Numbered from the stretch's first letter, positions 38,578 through 47,622 are shown. The stretch is DNA of 64,000 bases from Gemmatimonadota bacterium (GCA_039589275.1 JBDHHP010000001.1:7551-71550), one strand, 5' to 3'. The notes: generated from the letters alone by a model not told the origin. Numbers and translations are program-made.

Positions 38578-39691
38578 TCGTGAGCGCCTGATTCACTTGC
38601 TCCACCTCTTCTGGATCCTGTTCGGCGTGTTCACCATGCTTGATCCATCGCTGCCACCACTCGACCGCCTCATGGTAGCGCCCTTGGAGTGCGAGCGCGT
38701 TACCCAACAGCCGGTGCGCCGGAACTAGCATGGGATCGATGCGCAGTGCTCGACGCAGGTGCTGCTCGGCAGAATTCACGCGCTTCTCCATCAGGTCCGC
38801 ACGCCCAAGCATGAGGTGCACGTCCGGGTCATGCGGCGCCGCCGCGCGGGCCGTTTCAGCGCACACCCTCGCCGACCCAGGATCTCCACCCTCTAGGGCC
38901 TCCTGCGCCTGACCGAGGGCCATCTCGACCTGCTCCCGGCCCTCGTCAACAACTGGCGCCGCGACCGGCTGCTCCTCGAGCTGCAAGATGCCGGCACTTT
39001 CCAGACCAAACACTGCCTTGGCAACGTCGAACTCAGATCGACCGAGATCAGCCGAGATGCCCCGCACGTCGCGCTCGTGGTCGACGGCTGCCATTATCTC
39101 CCATTCGAGCGGGAGCAGGTCGAGGTAATCCTCCTGGGTCACCTGGTTCTGTGAGGCGAACCGCGGGATCACACCGAGGTGCGGAATCTTGCTCTCAATG
39201 CGCGACCACTCATCGATACGGCGCGCTCCTTCCATCAGCAGCGATTCCGTAGGTATGCGCACTCGGGCCTCGTTGGGCAGTTCGGTGGACTCCCCTTCAA
39301 CGAAGGAGAAATACCCTTCGCGCCAACCTACGAGCTCGAAAACGACCTCCTCCACCTGGCCCCTGACTTGTCGTTCGAGATCCCGCTGCGAAAGCGCGCC
39401 GATGTCCACCAGGATGGCGCCGAGCTTGCGCTCGTCACCTGCAAGCTGCATGTCGCGAGCGCGATTCAGGTCGGCCTCGCTAGTTCTGCCGGATTGCACC
39501 AACATCTGGCCCAGTAGGTGAGGGTTGCTTTCGATCTCCGCGTTTACGACCGCTCCTCGTTCAAAGTACACGTTTCCACTATTCTGCCGCAGCTTCGAGG
39601 TTACCGTGAGCTTGCCAGTCTTTCGACTGAGGTCGAGCAACTGGAATACGTCGTGAATTCCGAGTTCTTTGAGGGGACCCTCAATCGCCAT
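38534..39691 (-). CDS. PATAN (DUF4388) domain plus TPR-repeat protein
   Basis: MAIEGPLKELGIHDVFQLLDLSRKTGKLTVTS..GNVYFERGAVVNA with C-terminal TPRs. ATG at 39691 lies 2 nt after the upstream stop; the longer track ORF is rejected. Confidence 0.8.
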   Translation of the reverse strand: MAIEGPLKELGIHDVFQLLDLSRKTGKLTVTSKLRQNSGNVYFERGAVVNAEIESNPHLLGQMLVQSGRTSEADLNRARDMQLAGDERKLGAILVDIGALSQRDLERQVRGQVEEVVFELVGWREGYFSFVEGESTELPNEARVRIPTESLLMEGARRIDEWSRIESKIPHLGVIPRFASQNQVTQEDYLDLLPLEWEIMAAVDHERDVRGISADLGRSEFDVAKAVFGLESAGILQLEEQPVAAPVVDEGREQVEMALGQAQEALEGGDPGSARVCAETARAAAPHDPDVHLMLGRADLMEKRVNSAEQHLRRALRIDPMLVPAHRLLGNALALQGRYHEAVEWWQRWIKHGEHAEQDPEEVEQVNQALTIVGKLDGMLGGPVG

Positions 39692-39693
39692 GG

Positions 39694-42363
39694 CTACGCA
39701 ACCTTGGACCGAAAGATGTGCTTGAGATCGAGGGCCGAGCGGGCGTGCTTCCGCGCCTCGCGAGCAAGAGAACCGTCGGGCTCGAGGCCCATTACTAGCT
39801 CCCACTCCCTCAAGGCCTCAGTGTAACGGCGCAGTCTGGCGGCCGCGATGCCTCGGTAGAAATGCGCGCCCACGTGCCCGTCGTCAAAGGTCAGCACACG
39901 TTCAAACGCCTCAATCGCTTGCTCAGCCTTTCCACCGTCCAACAGCGACCGCCCCAAGGCAAGCAGGGCTTCCGTGTCGGACGGATCGGTCTTCAGTGCC
40001 TCAACCAGTAGATTGACCGCCATTCGCGGCAGCTTGCTTAGTCGATAGACCCGAGCCAGCGCGAGCGACGCCTCCGTCAGAGTTGGCAGTATCTCTAACG
40101 CCGCCCGATAAGACCTTTCCGCTGCTTTGAGATCGTTCCGCGCCTCGTACAGGCGTCCCAAGTCGACTTGGACCTGGGCGAAGCGCGGCTCGAGATCCAG
40201 AGCACCCTCGTAAGCCTGCTGGGCAGCATCGACATCCCCCATATCCGCGGCTATGTCACCCACAAGCTTCAGGATGTCCGCGCGCTGCGGAGCCCTGCTG
40301 CGCGCTCGATCCAAGTACTCCAGGGCGCTGGCCGGATCACCGGCCGCGAGCCGGGCTTCCGCCAATGATACGAGCACGTCGGCGTTGTCCGGGTTTTCCT
40401 CTGCCAATGAGGTCGCGTCATCAACCGCTTCGGCGCCCCGGCCCAGCGCAAGAAGCTGTCGGACCTCACCCAGCCGTGCGTCGAGGCGTTGCGGCGAATG
40501 AGAGCGCGCCGCCCGGTATCGCTCGAGCGCTTCGCCGTGGAGCCCTCGACGGTCATAGATATCACCTGACAATACGTTCATTTCGACCGGATCAGCGCCC
40601 CGTCCCACAGCCCTATCGGACTCAGCCGCCGCTAGGTCTAGCAGGCCTTTGTCGAGATAATCCCGCGCCAGCGCGAGTGGATCGGTGGGGCCAGAGGGTG
40701 GCTCACGCAACGGCGCTTTGTCTAACTCAGCAAACATGTCGTCGATGAGCGACTGATCGAACTCAATTGGATGTACCGCATCGGCTGCGACATCGGCTGA
40801 AATCTCCGGCACTACGGCGATGCCTGGATCCTCAGATTGCAGATCGATGGAGAGCCGGAACTTCTGCGGCACGTAGTAGGGATCAAGGGACTGCGCCCGT
40901 GTGACCGTTCGTAGAGCTCCGTCAAAGTCGCCCAGTCTCGATAGCGCGAAGCTGAGGTTGTAGTGGTTTTCGGCGGAGTCCGGGTCGGTCTCTACCGCTC
41001 TCGCAAAGGCGTTGCGGGCGTCCTTGGGACGTCCCAATTCGTTGAGTACGAGACCGATGCCGTTCCAAGCACCAGCGACGGGATTCCGCTCCAGTACCTT
41101 ACGGTAGGTCTCAAGCGCGAGCTGGAACCGGCGCAGTTTGAACAGAAGCAGGCCGAGATTCAGTTGGGGTGTCGTCGATGCCGGGTCCCGGCTGACAGCT
41201 CTCTTGAACTCAGATACCGCTTGCTCGTGTTGACCGCCCTGCGCCAAAACGACCGCCAGATTGCTGTGCGGCAGCGCATATCCGTCGTCGTTCTCGATCG
41301 CCTTCAAGTACGACTCTTTGGCATCTTCAAACCGGCCGAGCTGATGCAGCACCACGCCCCGTTCATTCCAGAACTTGGACGATTCGGGCACGTCGCGAAC
41401 CAACCCTTCATACAAGTCCAATGCTGCTGCGTGGTCTCGCTGCAGCAGGAAGACTTCCGCCATCCCCTGCTCTACCATGCGACGGTCTTCGCCCCGGTCT
41501 AACGCGAGCCGGTACTCCCGCAATGCCTCTTTGTAGTAGCCCTGTCGTCGAAATGCCAAGCCCAGGCTATGGTAAGCGAGCGCCTCCCGCCCAGCGTCTG
41601 AGCCTTCCGAGTTGGGCGCCTCCCACATGGCGCTCCTTCGATCGCCCGTCACCCGTTCGAGCGAGAGGTTCGTCTGCGCACGGCCATAGGTCGGGTTCAG
41701 CTGAATTGCGCGTTTGGTGGCAGCCCTCGCGTCTTCGTGGCGTCCGACATCACCGAACACGAAGGCGAGCAGGTAGTGCGCTTCAGCGTTGTCGGGATTC
41801 AGCTGAACTGCGCGTTCCAATGCATCCAGCGCTTCGGAGTTGAGACCCTGATTGTACAGTACTTCCCCAAGATAGAAGTGCACGACACTACTGTCCGGCT
41901 CCAACCCACAGGCTCTTTCGAGCCATTCGGTTGCCGTCTCGAGGTGACCGAGCTTCTTCTCCGCCAGCGCAATCTGTACGATCGCCGCGACGTTGTCCGG
42001 ATCCCTGGTGAGAAACGCCTGGAACTCGCTAGCTGCGGCGTCGTATTGTGCCAGCGCACTGTAGGCGCGGCCGAGCTCCCAACGCTTCTCGCTGCTCTCA
42101 GGATCAGATCGGAGCGCTGCGCGCAGCTCTTGCACTCTTCGATCGTAGTGCCCCGATCGTCGATAGGCGAATTCGAGATTTCGCTCCGCCACGGTCATCC
42201 GAGGGTCTAGCGCCAGCGCGTGGGAGAACTGCTCAACTGCTTCGGCAGTGAGGCCTTTTTGGCAGTACAAAACACCCAGGTTGTTGTGAGCGCCCGCATC
42301 AGAGGGGTCGATGCGTCGAGCCAGGCTCCGCAGCGTATCGCGATCCTGCTCCGTCAGGGCCAC
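39694..42363 (-). CDS. large TPR-repeat protein (889 aa, two TPR arrays separated by a ~60-aa acidic linker)
   Basis: More than 20 recognisable TPR units (e.g. AEAHYLLAFVFGDVGRHEDARAATKRAIQLNP). No other domain is recognisable. Confidence 0.85.
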   Translation of the reverse strand: MALTEQDRDTLRSLARRIDPSDAGAHNNLGVLYCQKGLTAEAVEQFSHALALDPRMTVAERNLEFAYRRSGHYDRRVQELRAALRSDPESSEKRWELGRAYSALAQYDAAASEFQAFLTRDPDNVAAIVQIALAEKKLGHLETATEWLERACGLEPDSSVVHFYLGEVLYNQGLNSEALDALERAVQLNPDNAEAHYLLAFVFGDVGRHEDARAATKRAIQLNPTYGRAQTNLSLERVTGDRRSAMWEAPNSEGSDAGREALAYHSLGLAFRRQGYYKEALREYRLALDRGEDRRMVEQGMAEVFLLQRDHAAALDLYEGLVRDVPESSKFWNERGVVLHQLGRFEDAKESYLKAIENDDGYALPHSNLAVVLAQGGQHEQAVSEFKRAVSRDPASTTPQLNLGLLLFKLRRFQLALETYRKVLERNPVAGAWNGIGLVLNELGRPKDARNAFARAVETDPDSAENHYNLSFALSRLGDFDGALRTVTRAQSLDPYYVPQKFRLSIDLQSEDPGIAVVPEISADVAADAVHPIEFDQSLIDDMFAELDKAPLREPPSGPTDPLALARDYLDKGLLDLAAAESDRAVGRGADPVEMNVLSGDIYDRRGLHGEALERYRAARSHSPQRLDARLGEVRQLLALGRGAEAVDDATSLAEENPDNADVLVSLAEARLAAGDPASALEYLDRARSRAPQRADILKLVGDIAADMGDVDAAQQAYEGALDLEPRFAQVQVDLGRLYEARNDLKAAERSYRAALEILPTLTEASLALARVYRLSKLPRMAVNLLVEALKTDPSDTEALLALGRSLLDGGKAEQAIEAFERVLTFDDGHVGAHFYRGIAAARLRRYTEALREWELVMGLEPDGSLAREARKHARSALDLKHIFRSKVA

Positions 42364-42367
42364 GAGG

Positions 42368-42988
42368 TCACCCCACCTGGATGACTCGGAGAATCGCTTT
42401 GAGCGACGCCAGATCAGGCAACAGCAGGAAGTGACCCTTCAGCTTCCGATCTGCTTCCTCGAAGTGGAAGTCTGTCTCGACGCAGAAGACGTAGTCGCGA
42501 TCGCGCCCAAAACTCAGGTGCGCAGTGGTCACAACGGCCGTGGCAACGTCGATAGCGAGACTGGGCACCGACGGCAGGAGCATCATCCCCATGAAATCCG
42601 ACAGAGCGTTCATGTATGCCCCACCCAGAATGTTGCCAGCCTCTTTGAGGCTCGAGCGCTCCAATTCACCGAACTCCACAGTCGCACCCGGCTCGCGTTT
42701 GAGCAGCAGGTCGCACAAGAGGCGTGCGTTGTCATCGGGAAACATCAAGAGAGTGCGACCCGTGAGGTCGCCCAGCATGTGCATCAAAACGGCCGCGACC
42801 ACCTCGTCGGAGACCAGCAGCAACTCGGATAGACCATCAATGTCTGTGACCGTTATCTCCGGAACGCTGATCATGATGCGCCTGTCGGTCAGCTGTGACA
42901 GCGCGGTAGCCGCGTGTCCAGCACCGATGTTCGCCACTTCTTTGAGAGCATCCATCTGCAGCGCTTCGAGACCGTTCATATCTTCCAT
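42368..42988 (-). CDS. cheC: CheC-family CheY-P phosphatase
   Basis: 206 aa; MDALKEVANIGAGHAATALSQL and a second SLKEAGNILGGAYMNALS repeat. Confidence 0.88.
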   Translation of the reverse strand: MEDMNGLEALQMDALKEVANIGAGHAATALSQLTDRRIMISVPEITVTDIDGLSELLLVSDEVVAAVLMHMLGDLTGRTLLMFPDDNARLLCDLLLKREPGATVEFGELERSSLKEAGNILGGAYMNALSDFMGMMLLPSVPSLAIDVATAVVTTAHLSFGRDRDYVFCVETDFHFEEADRKLKGHFLLLPDLASLKAILRVIQVG

Positions 42989-43001
42989 AGAACTCTCCTA
43001 C

Positions 43002-44864
43002 CTACACCAGCCCACCGGCATCTAGTATCAACGCTGGCGTACCGTCGCCTAGGATCGTGGCGCCGCTGAAGATCGGCAGCGCGCCCGTGGGTGAATCAAA
43101 ACTCTTGACCACAATCTCTTGCTGTCCAGTGAGCGCGTCGACTACCAAACCCGACCGCCGCTCTCCGATCTGGACAACCACAACCGGCTTCCGGGCCGGA
43201 CCCTGACCCGGAATTCCCATGATCTCTCGCAGATCGACTAATGGGATCATGTCGCCCCGAAACAGCATTGCGTCCTCTCCTTGTAGACGCGTCACGGCCG
43301 CCGGCTCCAAATCTACGGTTTCCGCAACATGCGTGACGGGAAGAAGATAGTGCTCGGCTCCGACCTGAGTTGTGAGCGCCCGTACAATCGCCAACGTGGT
43401 AGGAAGCCTGAGTGTGAACGTGGTGCCCTCCCCTGACACGCTCCGCACCGTGAGGCCGCCGCCGAGCGACCGCAGCCGAGTGGCTACCACGTCGATTCCC
43501 ACTCCCCTACCCGAGACGTCAGAGACCTCTACCGCTGTGCTGAACCCAGGCCGGGCCAGGAGCCGCAGCAGGACCTCGTCGTTCAGTGCGTCAACCTCAC
43601 TGCCCACCAAACCGCGTTCCTTGGCAGCCTGGAGGACCCTGGTTCGGTCGATCCCCCTCCCATCGTCGCTCACGTGAATTGCTACTGTCGCCTTCTCCCT
43701 GATCGCCGAAAGCACGATGCGGCCGGCCTTGGGTTTACCCGCAGCTTCGCGGTCACCTGGCGGCTCGATACCGTGGTCCACAGCGTTGCGGAGCATGTGC
43801 ACGAGTGGATCGCCGATTTCGTCCAGAATCGACCGATCGAGCTCGATTTCTTTGCCCTCTACCCAGAAGTCAATGGTCTTGCCAAGCTGCCGCGCGGCAT
43901 CTCTCACTAGGCGCGGAAAGCGATCAAACACCTGCCACACCGGAGTCATTCGAGCTTCGATGATCTCCGACTGTAGCTGAGATGTGAGATAGGAGACCTT
44001 GAGACTCACGTCCTCAAGTTCCGGGTCGCCTCTCTTCGCGGAGACCGACGCCAGCCGGTCCTTTACCGTCACTAGCTCACCCACGAGGTTCATCATGGTA
44101 TCGACCCGGCGCAGATCGACTCGAATGTGCTTGGTCCGCCCGTCGAGGAGCTCGGCGACACCTGTGGCGTCCTCAGCGCCACCGACCACCACTTGCTCCA
44201 CGTCCCCGGCAGCCTCGATCTCGGCCTCGATCTCGGTATTGTCTACTTTCGCATCGAGCCTGAACTCGAACTTGCCGTCGAAGTCTTCCGACTCGATGGT
44301 CGCGGATGGGGGGCGTACGGCACTCACTTCCCCTAGTCGGCGGGCCCGACTCAGCACGACCATCACACGCGCGCCCTTGAGCGTGGCGTCACGATCGATG
44401 ACCACGCGGACTAGTGTGCCTGCACCTCTTGCTTGTTCTGGCTCTGATGGCGCGACACGGCGGGCCCGAGGCTGAGCGGGCGTCAGCGCGCGAACGGTTC
44501 GGTCGAGCGCGCCCAGTACTTCGGAGGAATCCAGTTCGCCTTTGCGGCCCGCGACCGATGCCTCCACTACCTGGTCCAGTTGGTCGGCGGCCTGAAACAG
44601 TAGCTCAAACAGCTCGTCCGAAGGTGGCTGTTTGCCGCTGCGCAGGATGTCTAGGAGGTCTTCCATGCTGTGGGCCAGGTCAGTCACGGCCTGATAGCCC
44701 ATGGTTGCGGCCATTCCCTTGATGGTATGTACGGCACGGAACACACCACTCACGGGTTCGCTAGCAGTTGGTTCGCGCTCCCACTCTAGGAGCTGCTGGT
44801 TGATTGCGCCTAGGTGTTCCCGACTTTCCGCTAGGAATAGCTCAGCATACTGTGAGGGGTCCAT
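43002..44864 (-). CDS. cheA: chemotaxis histidine kinase CheA (Hpt, P2-like, dimerisation, HATPase and CheW-like domains)
   Basis: FRAVHTIKGMAATMGY (Hpt His), HMLRNAVDHGIE, DDGRGID, GRGVGIDVV and a C-terminal CheW-like domain. ATG at 44864 lies just after the cheY stop. Confidence 0.95.
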   Translation of the reverse strand: MDPSQYAELFLAESREHLGAINQQLLEWEREPTASEPVSGVFRAVHTIKGMAATMGYQAVTDLAHSMEDLLDILRSGKQPPSDELFELLFQAADQLDQVVEASVAGRKGELDSSEVLGALDRTVRALTPAQPRARRVAPSEPEQARGAGTLVRVVIDRDATLKGARVMVVLSRARRLGEVSAVRPPSATIESEDFDGKFEFRLDAKVDNTEIEAEIEAAGDVEQVVVGGAEDATGVAELLDGRTKHIRVDLRRVDTMMNLVGELVTVKDRLASVSAKRGDPELEDVSLKVSYLTSQLQSEIIEARMTPVWQVFDRFPRLVRDAARQLGKTIDFWVEGKEIELDRSILDEIGDPLVHMLRNAVDHGIEPPGDREAAGKPKAGRIVLSAIREKATVAIHVSDDGRGIDRTRVLQAAKERGLVGSEVDALNDEVLLRLLARPGFSTAVEVSDVSGRGVGIDVVATRLRSLGGGLTVRSVSGEGTTFTLRLPTTLAIVRALTTQVGAEHYLLPVTHVAETVDLEPAAVTRLQGEDAMLFRGDMIPLVDLREIMGIPGQGPARKPVVVVQIGERRSGLVVDALTGQQEIVVKSFDSPTGALPIFSGATILGDGTPALILDAGGLV

Positions 44865-44866
44865 CC

Positions 44867-45229
44867 CTACCCAAGCACCCGCTGCACTGCCTCCAAGACA
44901 CGGGAGGGCTGAAAGGGTTTCACAACGAAGTCCTTTGCCCCTGCCTGAATGGCCTCGACCACCAGGGCTTGCTGGCCCATTGCACTGCACATCAGAATGC
45001 GCGCGTCCGGATCCTGACCAATGATCTCGCGCACAGCGTCTATACCACCCATATCCGGCATGACTATGTCCATAGTGACGAGGTCTGGCCTGAGCTGTCT
45101 GAACTTCTCTACAGCCTGGACCCCCGTCTCAGCCTCGCCGACCACCTCGTATCCGGCCTGACTGAGGATATCGCTTATCATAGTCCGCATGAAGATGGCG
45201 TCATCGCAGACAAGCACTGTATGGCTCAC
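44867..45229 (-). CDS. cheY: chemotaxis response regulator CheY
   Basis: 120 aa; VLVCDDAIFMR, VTMDIVMPDMGG, FVVKPF. Confidence 0.95.
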   Translation of the reverse strand: MSHTVLVCDDAIFMRTMISDILSQAGYEVVGEAETGVQAVEKFRQLRPDLVTMDIVMPDMGGIDAVREIIGQDPDARILMCSAMGQQALVVEAIQAGAKDFVVKPFQPSRVLEAVQRVLG

Positions 45230-45238
45230 GCACCCTCC

Positions 45239-45673
45239 CTAAGCAGCCATTATCGGGCTGAGTAAAGTGTCCACATCGAGAAGCACAAAAGACAATCCGG
45301 CATGGCGGCCAACTGCCAAGACGAGCCGCGGATCCAACCCCGGAAGGTCAGCCCGTTCGGTGAGACCTTCCCGCGCGACCGTCACCAGATCGAGCACGGC
45401 ATCCACGGCGAAACCGACGGATTTGTTGCAGACATCGAACACAACAATCGGGCTGTCCTCGCTGCCCGGTGGGAATCCGAGGGTGGTCCGCCCGTCAACC
45501 ACGGTAATCAGACTGCCCCGCGCATTGATGAGGCCTCTCACTGAGGCCGCCGCTCCCGGTATCCGGGTAGCAGGCTGCGCGGACAGAATCTCCCGAACCA
45601 GGGTCGCCTCAGCCGCGAATACGCGATCGGCTACTCGGAAAGCCAGGACCCGTACAGTCGCGAAGTCGGCCAT
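45239..45673 (-). CDS. cheW: chemotaxis coupling protein CheW (first gene of the che block)
   Basis: VLAFRVADRVFAAEATLVREIL..RGLINARGSLITVVDGR. ATG at 45673 lies 1 nt after the rluD stop. Confidence 0.88.
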   Translation of the reverse strand: MADFATVRVLAFRVADRVFAAEATLVREILSAQPATRIPGAAASVRGLINARGSLITVVDGRTTLGFPPGSEDSPIVVFDVCNKSVGFAVDAVLDLVTVAREGLTERADLPGLDPRLVLAVGRHAGLSFVLLDVDTLLSPIMAA

Positions 45674-45674
45674 C

Positions 45675-46682
45675 TTATCTGAAAAAGCCAAGATAGTCGA
45701 GGGGATTATCGCGAGCAAGCAAATCCGCATCGGGCATCAGCTCAGCCAATACGGGCCTTAGATCGCCAGGCCATTCGGCACTGAAAACGCACGCATCACC
45801 CGTTAACGGGTGTACGAGACTCAGGCGAGCCGCGTGCAGCGCCTGCCTCGGGACCAACCTCTCAATCGACTGTGCTCGTGATTGCTGAGCCCCAGTCACG
45901 CGCTTGTGACCTCCGCCGGAGTACACCGGATCTCCCACGACCGGATGTCCTATGTGGTGTAGGTGGACCCGGATCTGGTGGGTGCGCCCGGTTGCCAATC
46001 TGATTCTGACCAGGTCGCAAACATCGAAACGCGCTATCGCCTCCACGTGAGTCAAAGCCGGTCTTCCCGTAGCGAGCACCGCCATGCGTTTGCGATCGCG
46101 CGGATTGCGCGCGATGGGAGCGTCTACATCCATGGGTTGGGCCAGATGTCCCCAAGCCAAGGCGGCGTAGATCCTTTCCACCTGCCGTTCGCTGAGCGCT
46201 CTGGCAATCCTCCGGTGCACCGCTTCCGTCTTGGCCAGTACCATCAAGCCTGATGTGTCCTTGTCTAGCCTGTGGACTATGCCTGGCCGTCCCTCGCCAC
46301 CGCCGGCCAGATGGGTCCCGCGCGCCGCCAGGACATTGAGTAGGGTGTCGTTCCAATGTCCGGGTGCGGGATGAACGACCAGTCCCGCCGGCTTGTCGAG
46401 TACGAGAAGCGCGTCGTCTTCGAATACGACACCAACCGCGGCATCATGGGGCTGAAGCACACGTGGCTGAGCCGCCTCCTCTGGAATGCGCACGTGGATC
46501 CGATCACCCAAGTCGAGCGTGCGCGAGGCCCGAGCTAGTTCATCATTGACCCGAACGTTTTTTGCGGCGATGAGACGGGCGGCCTGGGTCCGAGAGAGCG
46601 AGAGTTGGTCTGCGAGGAAGCGATCGAGTCGCTCGGTAGATGGGACACAGACTTGGAACTCGTGGACTCTCTCCACGGCCAT
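45675..46682 (-). CDS. rluD: 23S rRNA pseudouridine synthase, RluD family
   Basis: S4 domain (RLDRFLADQL) and HRLDKDTSGLMVLAK catalytic Asp motif. ATG at 46682; the track ORF extension overlaps lspA. Confidence 0.92.
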   Translation of the reverse strand: MAVERVHEFQVCVPSTERLDRFLADQLSLSRTQAARLIAAKNVRVNDELARASRTLDLGDRIHVRIPEEAAQPRVLQPHDAAVGVVFEDDALLVLDKPAGLVVHPAPGHWNDTLLNVLAARGTHLAGGGEGRPGIVHRLDKDTSGLMVLAKTEAVHRRIARALSERQVERIYAALAWGHLAQPMDVDAPIARNPRDRKRMAVLATGRPALTHVEAIARFDVCDLVRIRLATGRTHQIRVHLHHIGHPVVGDPVYSGGGHKRVTGAQQSRAQSIERLVPRQALHAARLSLVHPLTGDACVFSAEWPGDLRPVLAELMPDADLLARDNPLDYLGFFR

Positions 46683-46692
46683 AGAGCCCAGG

Positions 46693-47217
46693 TTATGGAG
46701 CGGCTTCGGCAGGGTTGGCGGACTCGCGAGCCGAGTCCTCTTCTTGCTTCCCCTCCGACCAGAGGACGAGCGCGAGAGCGATAGCTCCGCAGCTGACGGC
46801 CATGTCGGCCACGTTGAACGTGGGCCAGTGGAACTTGCCGATCCAGACGTCGATGAAATCGACCACACCGCCAGCGCTAGTGATTCGATCGATGAGGTTG
46901 CCGACGGCACCACCGCAGACTAGGCCGAGAGTAATGAGTCGGAAATGATGAGTGGCAGCAGTCTGACGAACCATGGCACCCAACACAACGAGAGCAACAA
47001 TGGCCAACGCCATGAATACCCAGCGCGAGTAGGCTCCTACGTGGATGCCGAACGCCGCTCCTGGGTTGTAGACCAACCGGAGTGTGAGCCAATCGCCGAT
47101 TACCGGAACTGACCCTGCGGACAGCTGGGCGACCGCAATTCGCTTGGTGATGAAGTCCAACACCACCACGCCGCAAGCTACCCACCAAAAGAGTTGCCGA
47201 CTGCTACTGCTTTGCAT
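46693..47217 (-). CDS. lspA: lipoprotein signal peptidase (signal peptidase II)
   Basis: 174 aa, 4 TM; NPGAAFG, GGAVGNLIDR and FNVADMAV motifs. Confidence 0.93.
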   Translation of the reverse strand: MQSSSSRQLFWWVACGVVVLDFITKRIAVAQLSAGSVPVIGDWLTLRLVYNPGAAFGIHVGAYSRWVFMALAIVALVVLGAMVRQTAATHHFRLITLGLVCGGAVGNLIDRITSAGGVVDFIDVWIGKFHWPTFNVADMAVSCGAIALALVLWSEGKQEEDSARESANPAEAAP

Positions 47218-47584
47218 CTTCCTCTTGAGCCTTGCATTTGATACAAAGCCGAGCGTGTGGCAAAGCGTCTAACCGCTCGTACGCGATCTCATCGCCGCAT
47301 TCGTGACACTTGCCAAACTGCGCTGGATCGCGGTACAGACGTCGCAGAGCTTCGTTAACGTGCCACAGGTAACGACCTTCCTTGGAGGCAAAGAGGAACT
47401 GCTTCTCGCGCTCCATGGCGTCGGTCCCCTGGTCCGCCATGTGAAAGGAGTATGCCGACAGATCGCCGTCGGAACTCTGCAGGGTCCCACTGAACTGCTC
47501 ATCGTAGTACCCCAGTTCTTTCATCACACGGTCTCGCTCTTCGAGCAACCGCTTCTCGAGATGGGCCAACTGCTTCTTATTCAT
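47204..47584 (-). CDS. DksA/TraR-family C4 zinc-finger protein (B. subtilis YlyA-like position)
   Basis: CHECGDEIAYERLDALPHARLCIKC (CxxC-17-CxxC). Confidence 0.85.
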   Translation of the reverse strand: MNKKQLAHLEKRLLEERDRVMKELGYYDEQFSGTLQSSDGDLSAYSFHMADQGTDAMEREKQFLFASKEGRYLWHVNEALRRLYRDPAQFGKCHECGDEIAYERLDALPHARLCIKCKAQEEDAKQ

Positions 47585-47622
47585 GACTTCTGTTCTTCCA
47601 CCGCTGTTACCGTGACTGTTTA

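Noticed and set aside
39694-42363. The 889-aa protein could be the missing chemoreceptor.
   Set aside because: The sequence is TPR repeats throughout. It has no TM segments, no HAMP domain, no long antiparallel coiled-coil signalling hairpin and no conserved MCP tip motif.
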